DNA of 35,169 nt from Octopus bimaculoides (lineage: Eukaryota), in assembly GCF_001194135.2 (NCBI RefSeq), contig NC_068982.1, positions 130,726,040 to 130,761,208 on the forward strand, in the 5' to 3' direction. This document shows, piece by piece, positions 1 to 12,495 of the stretch (position 1 is the first letter of the stretch; each line of letters begins with the position of its first letter). Position numbers and translations under genes: made by a program. The notes beneath the pieces are model-generated. The model saw only the letters and a program-made list of their open reading frames with translations. It did no database searches and was not told where the DNA came from.

Positions 1-44
1 TATATATATGCATATATATATATATAGACATACACATACATACG

Positions 45-640
45 AAGCATACGAAGTGGCACTGTCTCAGTTTCAAATCACTGAGTCAATGTGCAATGTA
101 TACCTTAGGAAATGGTGAGGTCTACTTCGGATAAGGAACAGCTCAACTCCTTACTGTAAAGGAGATTACTGCCATTACTACTGATGTTAATCGTCGAAAT
201 TTGTGAAGTAGGATGGGTACGAAGAATGACGCAAGGGGAGTCGATGGATACAGAAATATAGCGTAATCCAACAGATTTAAAAGCAGTCAGGAAGTGGAAA
301 GCAGAAGCAGAAACCGATGATATCTTATCTTCACTTAAACACCAAGATACAGCGGGTGCCACGAAAATTATTCGGGAGGGACTTGGGTTTGGCTCACATC
401 GATTCAGACCGTTTTCAAATTTGATGCAGAGTGAACGCATATTTGTTTTTAGTAACACTGTGAAGGTAAGGAAGCAGAGAGAAGTGAACTTAATTTAATT
501 CAATACTCGCAACAAGGACAAAAGACAAAACGGCAAGAGCACATAATTGAGAGAAAAAAAATATAAGTTGGAATGAAATATGGAAGTGGAGTACATCACG
601 GTTAAGATTTTTGATTAGTTCATCCTACGGTGATCAAACA
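45..640 (+). mobile_element. Decayed Hero-clade (RLE-type) non-LTR retrotransposon fragment, region C-terminal to the RT
   Basis: Manual translation across frameshifts and stops gives AYEVALSQFQITESMCNVYLRKW, then LPLLLMLIVEICEVGWVRRMTQGESMDTEI*RNPTDLKAVRKWKAEAETDDILSSLKHQDTAGATKIIREGLGFG, then QYSQQGQKTKRQEHIIERK-ISWNEIWKWSTSRLRFLISSSY. This follows the motif order I recall for Hero ORFs (YLRKWLG, LQLP, GRKW.A, L.H.DI.G...GR.GLG, QQG.W..W, ISW..IW...RL.FLI.S.YD). Confidence 0.8.
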
Positions 641-699
641 TTAATTGTGGATTCCTGTTGGAAATAGCTCTAAATGAATAGCGATGGCAATTTAGAGTC

Positions 700-2921
700 G
701 GAAATTAGGTTTACAATTGATTTAATCTAAGGACTCAAAACTTTGTCTCTACGTAGAGTTTTCGGGACACATTTACTAACGCTAGACCCATAGACAGAGT
801 CGTCAGTTAACGAAACGATTCTCAGTTTTATAGTACTGCGCTGTAAGTAATGATTACGATTAGCTGGAGCAAACCACTTAATCATAAACATAGCACAGTC
901 CCAGTGTGCCAGACACAAATAGTATCTTGTTAGGTTGTTGCTCTTGATTTTGCTTAACTGGTCTAAAGCAGTAAAAGCAAACTAGTAATTCAAACTCTTA
1001 CACAGATATTAAATTTGTAATATAATATATATCGCATGCTTATAAAATCAGAGTCCTGCAACCAAATGTTGTTTTTTCTTTATTTTATCGAGCATTTAAT
1101 TAATATTTATTGTCCTGTTCTTCGCCAATTTATTATAATTCATTTTATTTCAGAATAGTAGCGTAAACATTTTGATTTATGACGGAAAAAGATGATTGTT
1201 TTGTTGCTCGAGGATAAATAGCAACATATCAGGAGACCTTTGTTCTACAGGATATTATTCTAGTTCTATCCGTTATGTTCCTATTACATCACCTATTGCA
1301 CTTAATCACACCGCTTTAATCACACCATCGTAACATGCTAGTATTTCAGACCGGGCTACACTTGTAGACCTTCACCAATCAACCAATAAGCAGTTCTCAC
1401 ATCAAAAATAGTTTCAGCAACTCTATTTGCGACATGACTCTCATCAAGGATAGAAACAAGCACACATACACTGATGCGTACGTAGGTACATACATATGCA
1501 TACGTATATACATGCATGTGAGTGTGAGTGTGCGTGTGTACATATGTGTGTGTGCGCCCGCGCGTGTATACATAAATAGTATCTTCGGATACTATATTTA
1601 GGAGTAATATTAAATGAAAATATATGAACACTTGGTAATCAACTGGAATGTTGAACAAGGTTCTTAATATTTTACCTTAGGAATAAAAATTGGAAATTAG
1701 GTTTTAAAATCAATTGGGAATAGATAGTAACCCCTAATCTAATGTGCCAAAATTTTATTTGTGAATAATGTTTTTAGGACCACCTCCCTCATACAATATC
1801 CATATATAGTAATTTCAACATTATCGGCTGCTGAAACCCTTGAGTTGAATAGTATCATCACTATAAGCAATGATAAACTATCTATTTCTACATTATAGTA
1901 TGAGATTAGTTGGAATACACCCATTGAACATGAATGAACAGAACATAGTCCCAAAGTCAGGACACGATCCCATTAACGTCCCAGTTGTGATGTTACTGTT
2001 GACTTTGATTTGACAGAATTAAAAAGTTTTTTTTCTTTACTTGGTGTATCTGGAGAAAGGTGCAGTGCCCTTGGCTTTTGTAGGCCTTCTTAGTTTCTTG
2101 AGATTGATACCATTAATGCCTTTCTTGAAAATTTGTAATTTCAAACATGTAGGAAAGATATGGGCAGAGAGAGAATTCTGGAAGGTAGACGTTCTGAGAA
2201 AGAAGATCCGCTCGAAGTAGCTTGTTGAGTACTTGGTGGGGATAGTTGGACTCAAGGAAGGTGATAAAAGAAGGAGCAATATGAGTGAGCAGTTGTGGTA
2301 TGAACTCAGTCAGTTCGAAGCACAAGAAAACGTCATAATAACTGTAGAAAAAGTAGAGAGCAGACAGAATGCCTATGGTCCAGAGGCTGGAGTGAAAGGC
2401 AAGTTGTATTTCAAACACTTGAACAGGTATTAAATTTTTAATATAACATAATTGACATACTGTTGAGCGAGCAAAGATTTCCAACTTCATTTCTTATAAA
2501 ATAAGAAACTCGCACCTTAACGACATTTTGTTTACTTAAACAAACTCCAGCTAATTTTTATATTCATTTATGTTTCATTTCTTTCCTTATGTTTAGCAAT
2601 GTAAACATTTAGATTTATGATGGGAAAACGTATGACTTGCTTGCGCTTGAGGATGAATAGCAGAATATCAGGAGACGTGTATTTGTTATGCAGACAACTA
2701 TTCTGGTTCTACCCGCTCTTCTCACATTACATCACCCACTGTACTTAATCACGCCACATTTTCTGCATTGTAACATGCAGTTATCTCGCACCTGGCTTAT
2801 ATTTGTTCTCTCTCACCAATCAACCAATATACAGTTCTCACATCGAAATAGTAATAGATTACAACCTACAATTAGGAAATGACTGTCATCAACAATAGAA
2901 ACACACACACATACACACAAA

Positions 2922-2952
<31 letters not shown>

Positions 2953-4460
2953 GTATACGTAGATACATACAGATGCATTCGTACATATATTTATGGATAC
3001 CATATCTATATATGCATATAAATTGCTTACATATATGTATGTGCACACACATGCATATATATGCATGCATGTGTGTATGAATGTATTATGTATATAGTGT
3101 ATTTGTAAATTGAAGAAAACTATATCAAAGAAATCAATATTAAGTGATCAAATATGCTAGATCTGAATTGTATAGATTGCTTTATACGTACTGAGTAAGA
3201 TATTCAATACGTTCTTACTTCATTGATTTTGATACATGAAATTTATAGTAAGTCCCGTCATCTAATGGGTAAAGGATTTCGTCAGTTGGATGTATTTCTA
3301 GGACAATTTTCACCATACTTTGCTAACAGACATTGAAGCATTGCAGAATCTTATAGTTTTGCCGCTGTAAGCAGTGAGACTTTATTTCTGCTTAAAAGTA
3401 AATATTTATGGTTAGGTGATATAAACCATTTGGTTATAAGCACAATACATCCCAGAGTCTGAACGTAAACAACTTTCATTTCACCTATGTTGTTGCAGTC
3501 AATTTCGTTTACCTCCAGATCCACTCTGATCGGGCAGATGTAGAATAAAAGCCCTGTCATGTCAGCTGTGGCTATCTCTGTAAGAATTTACATCTACCTA
3601 ATGGTATATGGTTAGGGTTAAGTATAAAGATAGTAGTCCTTTTTCTTTCATGTATAAAGTATCTCTATGTATATTACTCGGCGGGTCATTTTTTTCTATT
3701 TAGATATTAGGTCATGGAGAGTGGTATTCTATTTCTCGCTGACCAATCGACCTCTGGCTTCCCGCCATTCGAAGACAAGATTAGTTGTCTTCTAATAAAA
3801 ATATAAAACTCTAAAACGAGCCCATAAAAAAGAATAAATGCTATGAAAATGACAGAAGGTGAAAGAATGATAATTAAGAAGAAAACACATTAAAGTGAAA
3901 AATACAGATATGCTTATTGTAGCTGGAAGAAAACTGAAAAGAAAATTGTATTTCAAACGCACTGATCTAAAATTCGTAATATGCACATCCAGTAAATGAC
4001 ATATTGTTGACTATAGTAAAGTTTTTGAACTTCCTTTCTCATGAAATCAGAAACACACATACAACTAAATGCTGTTGCTTTTTTAAAATGTTTTTTTACT
4101 AATTTTTATTGAATTTATTTTTTTATTATTTTACTTCTTGTTAGCAATGTAAACATTTAGATTTATGACGGGAAAACGTATGACTTTCTTGTCGCTTGAG
4201 GATAAATAGCAAAAATATCAGGAGACTTGTATTTGTTCTGCAGAAAATTATTCTGGTTCTACCCACTCTACTCACATTACGTCACCTGTTGTACGTAATC
4301 ACGCCACTTTTTCTGCATCGTAACATGCAGCTTTCTCTCACCTGGCCATACTTGTTCTCTCTCACCAATCAACCAACACAAAGTTCTCACAAAAATACTA
4401 GTAATTTACAACCTACAAATAAATACACACATACACGCACACATTTTCTCTCTCTCTTTC

Positions 4461-4495
<35 letters not shown>

Positions 4496-4660
4496 TTCTC
4501 TCTCTCTCTCTTTCTCTCTTTCTCTCTCTCTCTCAAACACATATACACACACGCACGCACGCATCGCACACACACGCACGCACACACATGCACAAACACC
4601 GCGCACACTCAGACACACACAAACACACCACACACACACACACACACACACACACATCGG
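700..4660 (+). repeat. Diverged tandem triplication (units about 1.0-1.55 kb) with a conserved core of about 300 bp, each core followed by a CA/CT-type microsatellite
   Basis: Cores at about 1160-1450, 2595-2900 and 4143-4420 share gtaaacattt.gatttatga.gg.aaaa, atatcaggagac, taatcac.cc, gtaacatgc and caccaatcaaccaa..cagttctcaca. Upstream blocks are shared in the same order: tatagt...gct(g/a)taag at about 830, 1850 and 3355, and gta(a/t)ttcaaac at about 985, 2405 and 3948. Confidence 0.85.
2026..2400 (-). mobile_element. 3-prime end of a CR1/L2/Crack-group LINE ORF2 (5-prime truncated), inside the second tandem unit
   Basis: The minus strand reads SALYFFYSYYDVFLCFELTEFIPQLL...NYPHQV, then after a frameshift YSTSYFERIFFLRTSTFQNSLSAHIFPTCLKLQIFKKGINGINL. 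This matches the typical post-RT tail (LSLFYRYY...SHPHQV...FFPRTSRLWNSLP..IFP...LQ.FK..IN). The stop at 2037-2039 is followed by a short A-rich tail. Confidence 0.75.
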
Positions 4661-5354
4661 TAAGTCTCCGTCTCTTAGCGATGAAGATTCAGTTGTTCAA
4701 TCAACTTAATTTGCTTATCAATAAACGAATGAGTGATAACATAATTCTCAAACACGTGTAATAAAAACGTAATTTTCAGACAGAATCAGTGTGACACAAT
4801 CTTTGACAAAGCCGTACCTTTTGAATAAAGATATAATCCACCTGACAGGATTTTATAGTTTCCGCCTACCCATTTTTAATTGCAATATATGAGCCGCCCT
4901 AAAGCGCATTTCTGGACCACGTATTTGAGAAGTGAACTTCTTCTCCATTCGCCCATACTACTATATATAGATAAATATACATATGGTATCGTTATCAGCG
5001 TCTAACATGTTTTTGCCAATGGTTTCAAGTCATCATGCGAGCAGCGTTTAAAGACTTGTGGTCGGTTCTCACATACTTCAATCAGTGTAACATTCTGCAT
5101 GTGGCAGTTATAATTTCATAACGTTGCTGCTACTTAAATCATTTATGTTGTTCCTTTATGACTTTTACAATTCTTTGAACTGAGTTATTTAAGAATTGAA
5201 TGTTTTCACTTTCGTCAAAATACAATGTTGATGACAGGATAAGAGCTGCTTACCTCCTGGATTGTAGTTCCTTATCGTTTTGACAAATCTATATGCAGGT
5301 TTCCCGGTGTATGTGTAATAATGGTTTCACATTTTAAAAGAATTGCAATTCTAG

Positions 5355-5432
5355 TGGGAAGGGCTAGTCGATTACACCGACCTCGGTGATCAACTGGTAC
5401 TTATTTCATCAAACCCAAAAGGATGAAAGGCT
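5355..5432 (-). mobile_element. Fragment of tRNA-derived SINE family B
   Basis: gctagtcgattacaccgacc...caactggtacttatttcatcaaacccaaaaggatgaaaggc aligns to the fuller copy at 9096-9298. Confidence 0.7.
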
Positions 5433-5770
5433 AACTCACCCTTCATAATTTCATATTTTGTAATTGCATATAGAAACATTTATGGTGCGTGAATTACGTT
5501 CTTTGCGGTATTTTTACATATGTCGTTGTCTGCTGTGTGTCGCATTGTATTCTTCGCCGGGTTTCACCAATTTATTGGACATTATCATATTAATTAGTAA
5601 AGAATAATATAAGTTAGGAAGGCTGTATTTTTCATATCTATCAAGCTTAAGCTTTTGTGACATAAGTGATATGGTGAGAAAAGAAGTATCTTTAACAAAG
5701 TAATATACGTAGTAGATAGACTGAAGTATAGATTTAAATTTATGTATATTTTTGTAAGTAGATGTGTGTA

Positions 5771-7006
5771 AATGAGATGGCATCAGAATTTTCCTGACTG
5801 GTTCTATAGCGCGCCAAAAGAAGCCAGCACACGGTTGCGTGCGCAGTAAGAACTAGCACTTCATGAGGCAGTCTGCCGAGTGACATCGCTGTGTTTACTT
5901 TGCAAGTTGTGAAATTTGTGTTGTTGTGACCACGTGTATACTGTAGTCTGCGAGTTTGTCCTAGGCAGCAAGTTGGAACAAAAAGCCAACGTGAAATTTT
6001 GCGTTAAACTAGAGAAGCCTGCTACAGAGAAATCGAGCATTCTTCAGCAAGTTTACGGCATCGAGACAATAGGTCACACGCAATGTTTCGAGTGACACGG
6101 GCTCTTCAAAAGCAGAAGAACATCGCTGGAAGGCGATGAGTTCTCTGGAAGACCTTCTACGAGCATCACCCACGGAGATAGGGAGAAAATTCATCACCTT
6201 ATGCATGAGGAGCATCGGAGGACAATCAGCGACATTGATGATGTTGGTCTGTCGTATGGGTCTGTGCAAGCAATCCTAACATCTGAATTGAACAAGCAGC
6301 GTGTCTCTGCCAAGTTTGTCCCCCGCTTGCTGACTTCTATCTCGAGAATCATTACCAGTGACGAGAGTTGGGTCTACGGGTAAGAGTCGAGACGATGCAG
6401 CAGTCATCACAAAAGACGATCCCCGAAGACGGCACGACAGTGCCGCAGTTCAATCAAGAGTATACTCATCGTTATTCTATTTCGACATCCACGGTATTGC
6501 GCATCGAGAATTTGTCCCCGAGAGCCAGGCCGTCAATCGAGGATTCTACTGCGACGTTTTGGAGCGTCTGAGGGAGGGCATTCGGCAAAAGCGACCGGAT
6601 CTGTGGAGAGCGAAGAATTGGATTCTTCACGACAACAGTGCATCCTGTGACTGACCTCTCCTCACTCGTGAGTTTCTCACAACAAACAACATGGTATCAC
6701 CTCCGCACACGCCTTATTTGCCAGATTTAGCACCTGCGGACTTCCATCTCTTCCCCAAGATGAAAACGCAGCTCAAATGTCACCATTTCAACAGTGTTGT
6801 CGAGATCCAGAACGAATCGCTGAAAGTCCTCGACTCGCTTACAGAAAACGACTTCCGGGCCGGATTCTAACAGTGTCAGGAAGGCTGGGACCGGTGTAGT
6901 GCTGCGCAAGGAGACTATTTCGAAGGAGATTATGTTAAACCTTAGACAAATAAGTTATTTTTGATGAAACATAACAAGTCCGGGAACTTTTTGATATCAT
7001 CTCGTA
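5771..7006 (+). mobile_element. Mariner DNA transposon, near full length, transposase pseudogenised
   Basis: N-terminus KLEQKANVKFCVKLEK...SGRPSTS, then FVPRLLT, ITSDESW, HDN and YLPDLAPADFHLFPKMK...GDYFEGD. The second-to-third Asp spacing is 35 by my count in this copy (canonical DD34D) and includes one in-frame stop. There is an internal deletion after PRLLT. Imperfect TIRs: aatgagatggcatcagaattttcctgactgg (5771) versus the reverse complement of caagtccgggaactttttgatatcatctcg(ta) (6975-7006). Confidence 0.93.
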
Positions 7007-7039
7007 TGATCTATATGTTAAAGTAAGCCACCCTTAAAA

Positions 7040-7087
7040 CATTTATAAGTCTGTGTGCGAAATCTATTTCACACAGACTTATAAATG
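7040..7087. other. Perfect 18-bp inverted repeat (hairpin) with a 12-nt loop
   Basis: catttataagtctgtgtg (7040-7057) is the exact reverse complement of cacacagacttataaatg (7070-7087). Confidence 0.95.
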
Positions 7088-7134
7088 CTTTACGGAAGTA
7101 AAATAATGTCAGTAGAGAGGATACAGGTTGAGAG

Positions 7135-7328
7135 CGATGTCCCTTCTAAACCATCCGCTTGGACGCACGCACAAGTTATACTAGCGCTCAAACGCACAAA
7201 ATATTTAAGATGAAATTCATATGTTTTAAATTGAAGATGGTTGCTCTCATGAATGTGCTCATACTTCGCAAAGAAAAACATTTGCACATTTTTGCGCACA
7301 TCCACAGCAAAAATTAGAGGGAACATTG
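7135..7328. mobile_element. Putative MITE of about 190 bp with degenerate CA.TGTTCCCTCTAA-type terminal inverted repeats (possibly hAT-related)
   Basis: Left end cgatgtcccttctaaa; right end reverse complement caatgttccctctaat. No coding capacity and no clear target-site duplication. Confidence 0.45.
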
Positions 7329-7730
7329 AGAGGATACCTTAACAGCATGCCTGTAGTCCAGACTCTGCTTGTCTTGAGGCATCACTTTTGGAAGAGGAAG
7401 TTGTATATTTATACGTGCGAGTTTCTAAAAAGTTTTCGAATATTCTCTTTCTATTTTGTTGCAAAACATATTACTGTTCTTTTCATATATATTGGTGTCA
7501 ATCAACTGCTGCCAAAAGTGACTGGCTGCAATATACGTCTGTAGGCATGTTGCTAACTTCGTGATCAAAGTAGAAAGTTGTACTCAGCTGCAGATACACA
7601 TTCAAATATAAAAGCCGTAATAGCAAATTCAGTGGAAGTGATCTACTACACATGTAGATCGTGTCTCAGCACAAAATGTTAGGTTTCAGACGGTGATGCA
7701 ACAGTCAGATTCGCCACTAAAAAATAAACT

Positions 7731-7810
7731 AAATGAAGATATAAATTGATACTTCTGAAGTCAATTACTGAAATGAAGATATAAATTGATACTTCGGAAG
7801 TCAATTACTG
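7731..7810 (+). repeat. 40-bp tandem duplication
   Basis: aaatgaagatataaattgatacttc(t/g)gaagtcaattactg occurs twice with one mismatch. Confidence 0.95.
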
Positions 7811-9095
7811 AAAACAAATTGAGACAAAATTAATTGTTCTCTTGCCGTTGATAAGCTAAATATAAATGATATACTGCATGTTCAAGAAAAGTCATAAATT
7901 CAATTTACCTTTTTTTTTTCTTGGTTGTTTAATAGATTATGGCTCGTGGACTTTCCCCACGCAAAATTATTAAGAATATATCATCTTCAATATTGTACAC
8001 TTATTTGATGAACTTAGATCCTAATATTACAAAGTTAGGAAGGTGTAAAATCAGATTGAACCCCTGGAAATCTGATTCTAGAAGCGTTTTTGATTATGTG
8101 CTGAACCGCTTTGTTTCAGTCTGACTTTGTTGGTATGATGTTTTACTGAAATATATAGATCACAGAAGAATGAAACAACTACATTACTTTACTTTTCATA
8201 CATCACACGAATAAAATAGGTTGAAATACATATTTCCTTTGATCCAGACTAAACCTTTCCTCACAGTACTTTGCGAATGATCAAACATGCTTTATCAGTG
8301 CTGACAATCATTTATTACAGAGAGGTGTGATAAGCGCGTTATTTTTGTACTAATCATCACAATACCTATTTAATAGTATGTTTTTAATTAACTGGACACA
8401 TTATTAAAGATACATATTTAAATAGGTTATTTGTGTAATTCCATTTAATCTCAGACAATCAAATTTCCCAAGATATTTTTTCTGTCATAAAACCGGTATA
8501 CAGCAGCTAATTCAGAAATAGGTATTATCAGTTCCCATGAAAACCATATATGATTCTCTTGTATGCTTAACCGAAATGTACTTTTACATTGCATCGCGAA
8601 CAATGATCTGATTTGTGGCCAAAGCATTTAGATGTGAAATGGCACAATTTACTTCAATGCAACCAAGTATTAGTGGCAGATAATGCAATCTTATTACTGA
8701 TAAATGATTCATTGACTTGTAATGAGAGTGATACATTTATTATAGAAACAACGATTTTTCAATAGATTGTTATCCTTTGCAATGTTATGAAAAATAGGAT
8801 GAATTCTAAACTACAAGAATGATGGACAATCAATAAATAAAATAGTGGTACAGTACCAAAAACAAAAAAAAAGTAGTGCGTTGAGTATTCTATAGTTCAT
8901 CCTTCCACTAGCTGGGTAGAGGAACGAACTGTTACTGCAACAGTTCTTACTGACGCAAGTGTAGAATCAATTAAATCGGCTGTAAAGGATTACAATAAGT
9001 TAGTTGGTCCTCGACTTGTGTAATGAAAAATATAATAATGATAGATAAAAATTGCTTTTGGATTCGAATGGTTAAATAATTTAGTGTAACAAAAT

Positions 9096-9298
9096 ATTCT
9101 TTTCTACTCTAGGCACAAGGCCCGAAGTTTTGGAGGAGGAGGCCAGTCAATTAGATCGATCCCAGTGCGCAACTGGTACTCAATTTATCGAACTCGAAAG
9201 GATGAAAGGCAAAGTCGACCTCGGCGGAATTTGAACTCAGAACATAAAGACAGACGAAATACTGCGATGCATTCTCCCGGCGTGTTGACGTTTCCGCC
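9096..9298 (-). mobile_element. tRNA-derived SINE family B (octopus-type), near complete
   Basis: The minus strand starts ggcggaaacgtcaacacgccggg...gttctgagttcaaattccgccgaggtcgactttgcctttcatcctttcg, with B-box GTTCAAATTCC, and ends ccttgtgcctagagtagaaaagaat. Partial copies lie at 5355, 16104 and 30040. Confidence 0.85.
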
Positions 9299-12200
9299 TT
9301 AGAGTACCAAAATATTAAACGATGTTATTATGTGTTATATAGTTTCAAATTAATTTATTGATTTTGATCACCTACTGTGGCACAAGCATTTGCAATTAAA
9401 GTTTGAATTTCAATCTACTTGTCAAATATGAAAGTTAAAAAGAAAGTGTTAATAGCAACTCTAGGTACAATGAAACGAAGATCAATTCTAGTTCTTTTAG
9501 TGAACGATAAAAAAAAAAACCTCACCTTCAACAGGATAATAGTTAATGTAAAAAAAATTCTGTTACTGCTTTCTCAGATTTAAATAAAATTACGGAGTGT
9601 AACTTTAAATTCCTGTCTAAAAGAAAGAAAAAAGCAGTTATTGAGGTTTTAATCTGATGACCCATATGCAAGTAATCCAATCTCTTGCTAGCTCTGGTAT
9701 TTCTCTTCTAAAAGGATTGGCATGAGAACATTTCACACAATTATCATATACGCGTGTCTTTTGTGGAACCATTTATAATCAATATTACCAGAGCTGAGTA
9801 TAAATTAATTACTTCTGTTGATGGGAAATAAGAGTTGGGATGGCTGTGCCTTACCAAAACAAACAAAAAAATATAAAAAGAAAATGTAAATGGAGTGAGC
9901 CAACGAATCGTCTAACTTCAACCTACAGATCCGATAAATAAATGTCGATAAGATAAGCAGGAATGACATGAAAGGAAGGGGCTGAGAAAGAAATTTTTCG
10001 TTCGGCCAGCTGGAAATCGTGGGCATGCGCATTTATATATGCTTGTGATCTGTGTTTGTACATCTAAGTTAAGTTTACATCGATTTAAAACAGAACGGTG
10101 ATTACAGAGCGTCCCTTTATACTGCGTAACTTAATAGTTTCAGTTTTAGAGAGCGCTAAATACCTAACAACATTGATGGTATGAGCTGACGAGTGAGGTC
10201 CTGTGTTCCCCTAGAGCCATGGTGGTTACACACACATACACACACACACAAAGATTTATATACATATATATTTCATCAATACCTGAGAGTCCGACCTGAA
10301 ATATTACGTCAGACATAAAGGTTCTCAATTAAAAGTCTTGTCTCTCAGATTTCTTGCACTGATGCACTGATTAATTTATTCTAATTGATCTGTCAATGTT
10401 CCTTTCAACGTGTCAACTCTGTGAATGCACACACGTACACACACACATACTCACGCATGTACACACACACATATGCACATGCACACATGCACACACACAT
10501 ACACAAAGACATACACAGACGCATGCGCGCGCACACACACGTACATCCATACACAGGATAATCCTTAAGTTTTAAATTTACTCTCACTCGGTAGTCTATC
10601 TCATTCTCCCTCTCTTTGTCTCACTCTCTCAGCACATGAGCTGTATGCGTGTGTGCGCGCCCGCGCACGCACGTGTATGTAATATACAAAGTTTGTTGCA
10701 AAAGAATGAAAGTCGGCAGTCCGTTCAAAACTAATTTTTGCTTTAATTTTATTAAGTTGATATTAGAAACAATTAATGTATTTGCTAATTGACCAATAAG
10801 TATTATCTCCAGTTTTTATCGAAATAATTCCATTGTAAATTTGAATAGAAATTGTTTGGGCACTGAAATTTATTTAAAACCCAGCTTTGAAACATACAAA
10901 TTCCAGTTATTTATGTAGCAGAACAGAAACACTACAAAAAAAAAAAAAAAAAAGGACTCAGTGTGCTGATATTTTTCTCATTTTTAAAATTCCTATTTAA
11001 GACAAAGTGAGATTAGCATATGAATGACACCATAATATATGAAGATTAATGTATATATTCTGCTATGAGAGATTTCTCAATAGAGATTAAGTAAACATAC
11101 ACGAAAACCTATGTGACTGTAAGACTACCCCTAAATCAGTATGAGATGTTAAATCCAATTTTCTGCAGCCTTTATGTTTATAAAGTGAACTTTATAACAC
11201 AAATACACAAATTCCTTTAACCTCATCTTATCGACGCATTGCAAGAAAATACTGCGTTGGTCTTTTAAGCAAGCGTTTTAGCGGGGCGTGAACTATTAAC
11301 GGTATTATTTCATGACTATTGCTTAAAATATATTGTAAAGAAATAAGGTCTCAAAAATAGACAAGACCTCGTAAAATAGATAAGATCTCCTTATAACAGA
11401 GTTTAATGTATGCTTTTAGAAGGCTGTGAAATATCGAAATGTTTACTGGAAAATATTATTTCACTAAAATGTTAATATTCGAAACACGATCAAAATGACA
11501 CACGAATAAACCATTAATACAAAGCAATGTAACTACATGAAGATAAGTTTAGAATAATGTCTCCCACAAAATGTTAACTGAACAATTATTTTATGATCTA
11601 AATATGTACGCTGTGTGTCCCTTGACTAATGAGTGCCCATGCAATCCCGTGTTTGAATGATTTGACAATGTCAAAAATTCACATGGGTTTCATTCAGCTG
11701 GCAGAATTGTTGTCCCCAAAAATTTCGATTATTCAATTGAAACAATTAACTATTAAATGTACAAATTTATGTACATTTACACACACATGACTCTCATAGG
11801 ATATGTTACAGATCTATTGTTTCACTTCACGCAACTACTGCAGTCTGTATACTTCTTTTGTTGTAATATACAAAAGACATATTTATAGTACTTTTTATAC
11901 ACGTAGAACAAGTAATCAGTAGGCGGATGGCTTTAGATTAATTTCAAAATAAAAATAAACACTCACATTTCATATGTAGACTACTTTCAGTATTGTCCAT
12001 TCTCTTTTCAAAAACTAAGAATTAAACCTATATTTATATTCTGACCTATTTGTTATTTATTCTCGACCATATAAAAAAAACACCTCCACTAAGTTACAAA
12101 TTTCACGTTTTGGATCCCACCGAACAGTATCTACCCTTCGTTTCTACAAGCAGCACAAAAAATATATATGCACCTATATTTCACATCTACAGCAATTTAG

Positions 12201-12495
12201 GCCAAGCTACGAAAATATCTTGTCCAATACCGGGAACCTACATGAACAATGTATACTATGAATTAGTACTTCTCTGCTTAGAGATAGACGCCAAAGCTCC
12301 ATAAACTAACATTCTTGAAAAGGTAATCCCATAGAACAAGGTAGTCTTAGATTATGCCTGAAATACAATGATGATGGTAATGAATGGAAAAGCTGTCGCT
12401 ATAGATCTGCTTGTTCAGGGCTGAGTTGATGCCTTGCTTTTGAGTTACACGCGCGAGCGCCCAAGTATACATACATACATACATACATGCATACG

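Noticed and set aside
105-458. 117-aa minus-strand ORF and the plus-strand AG|GTAAG at about 466
   Set aside because: Antisense to, and inside, the Hero remnant, which continues past the apparent donor.
2113-2490. Hydrophobic 125-aa ORF resembling a membrane protein, and plus-strand ORF 2233-2433
   Set aside because: Explained by the CR1/L2-group LINE 3-prime fragment and its antisense frame.
826-3375. tatag|9-10 nt|gtaag micro-exon-like pattern in tandem units A and C
   Set aside because: Lengths differ (9 versus 10 nt) and the donor is ataagc in unit B.
10184-10300. ctgacgag and ctgagagtcc..gaaa strings resembling hammerhead ribozyme cores
   Set aside because: No correctly placed GAAA with stems II and III could be built.
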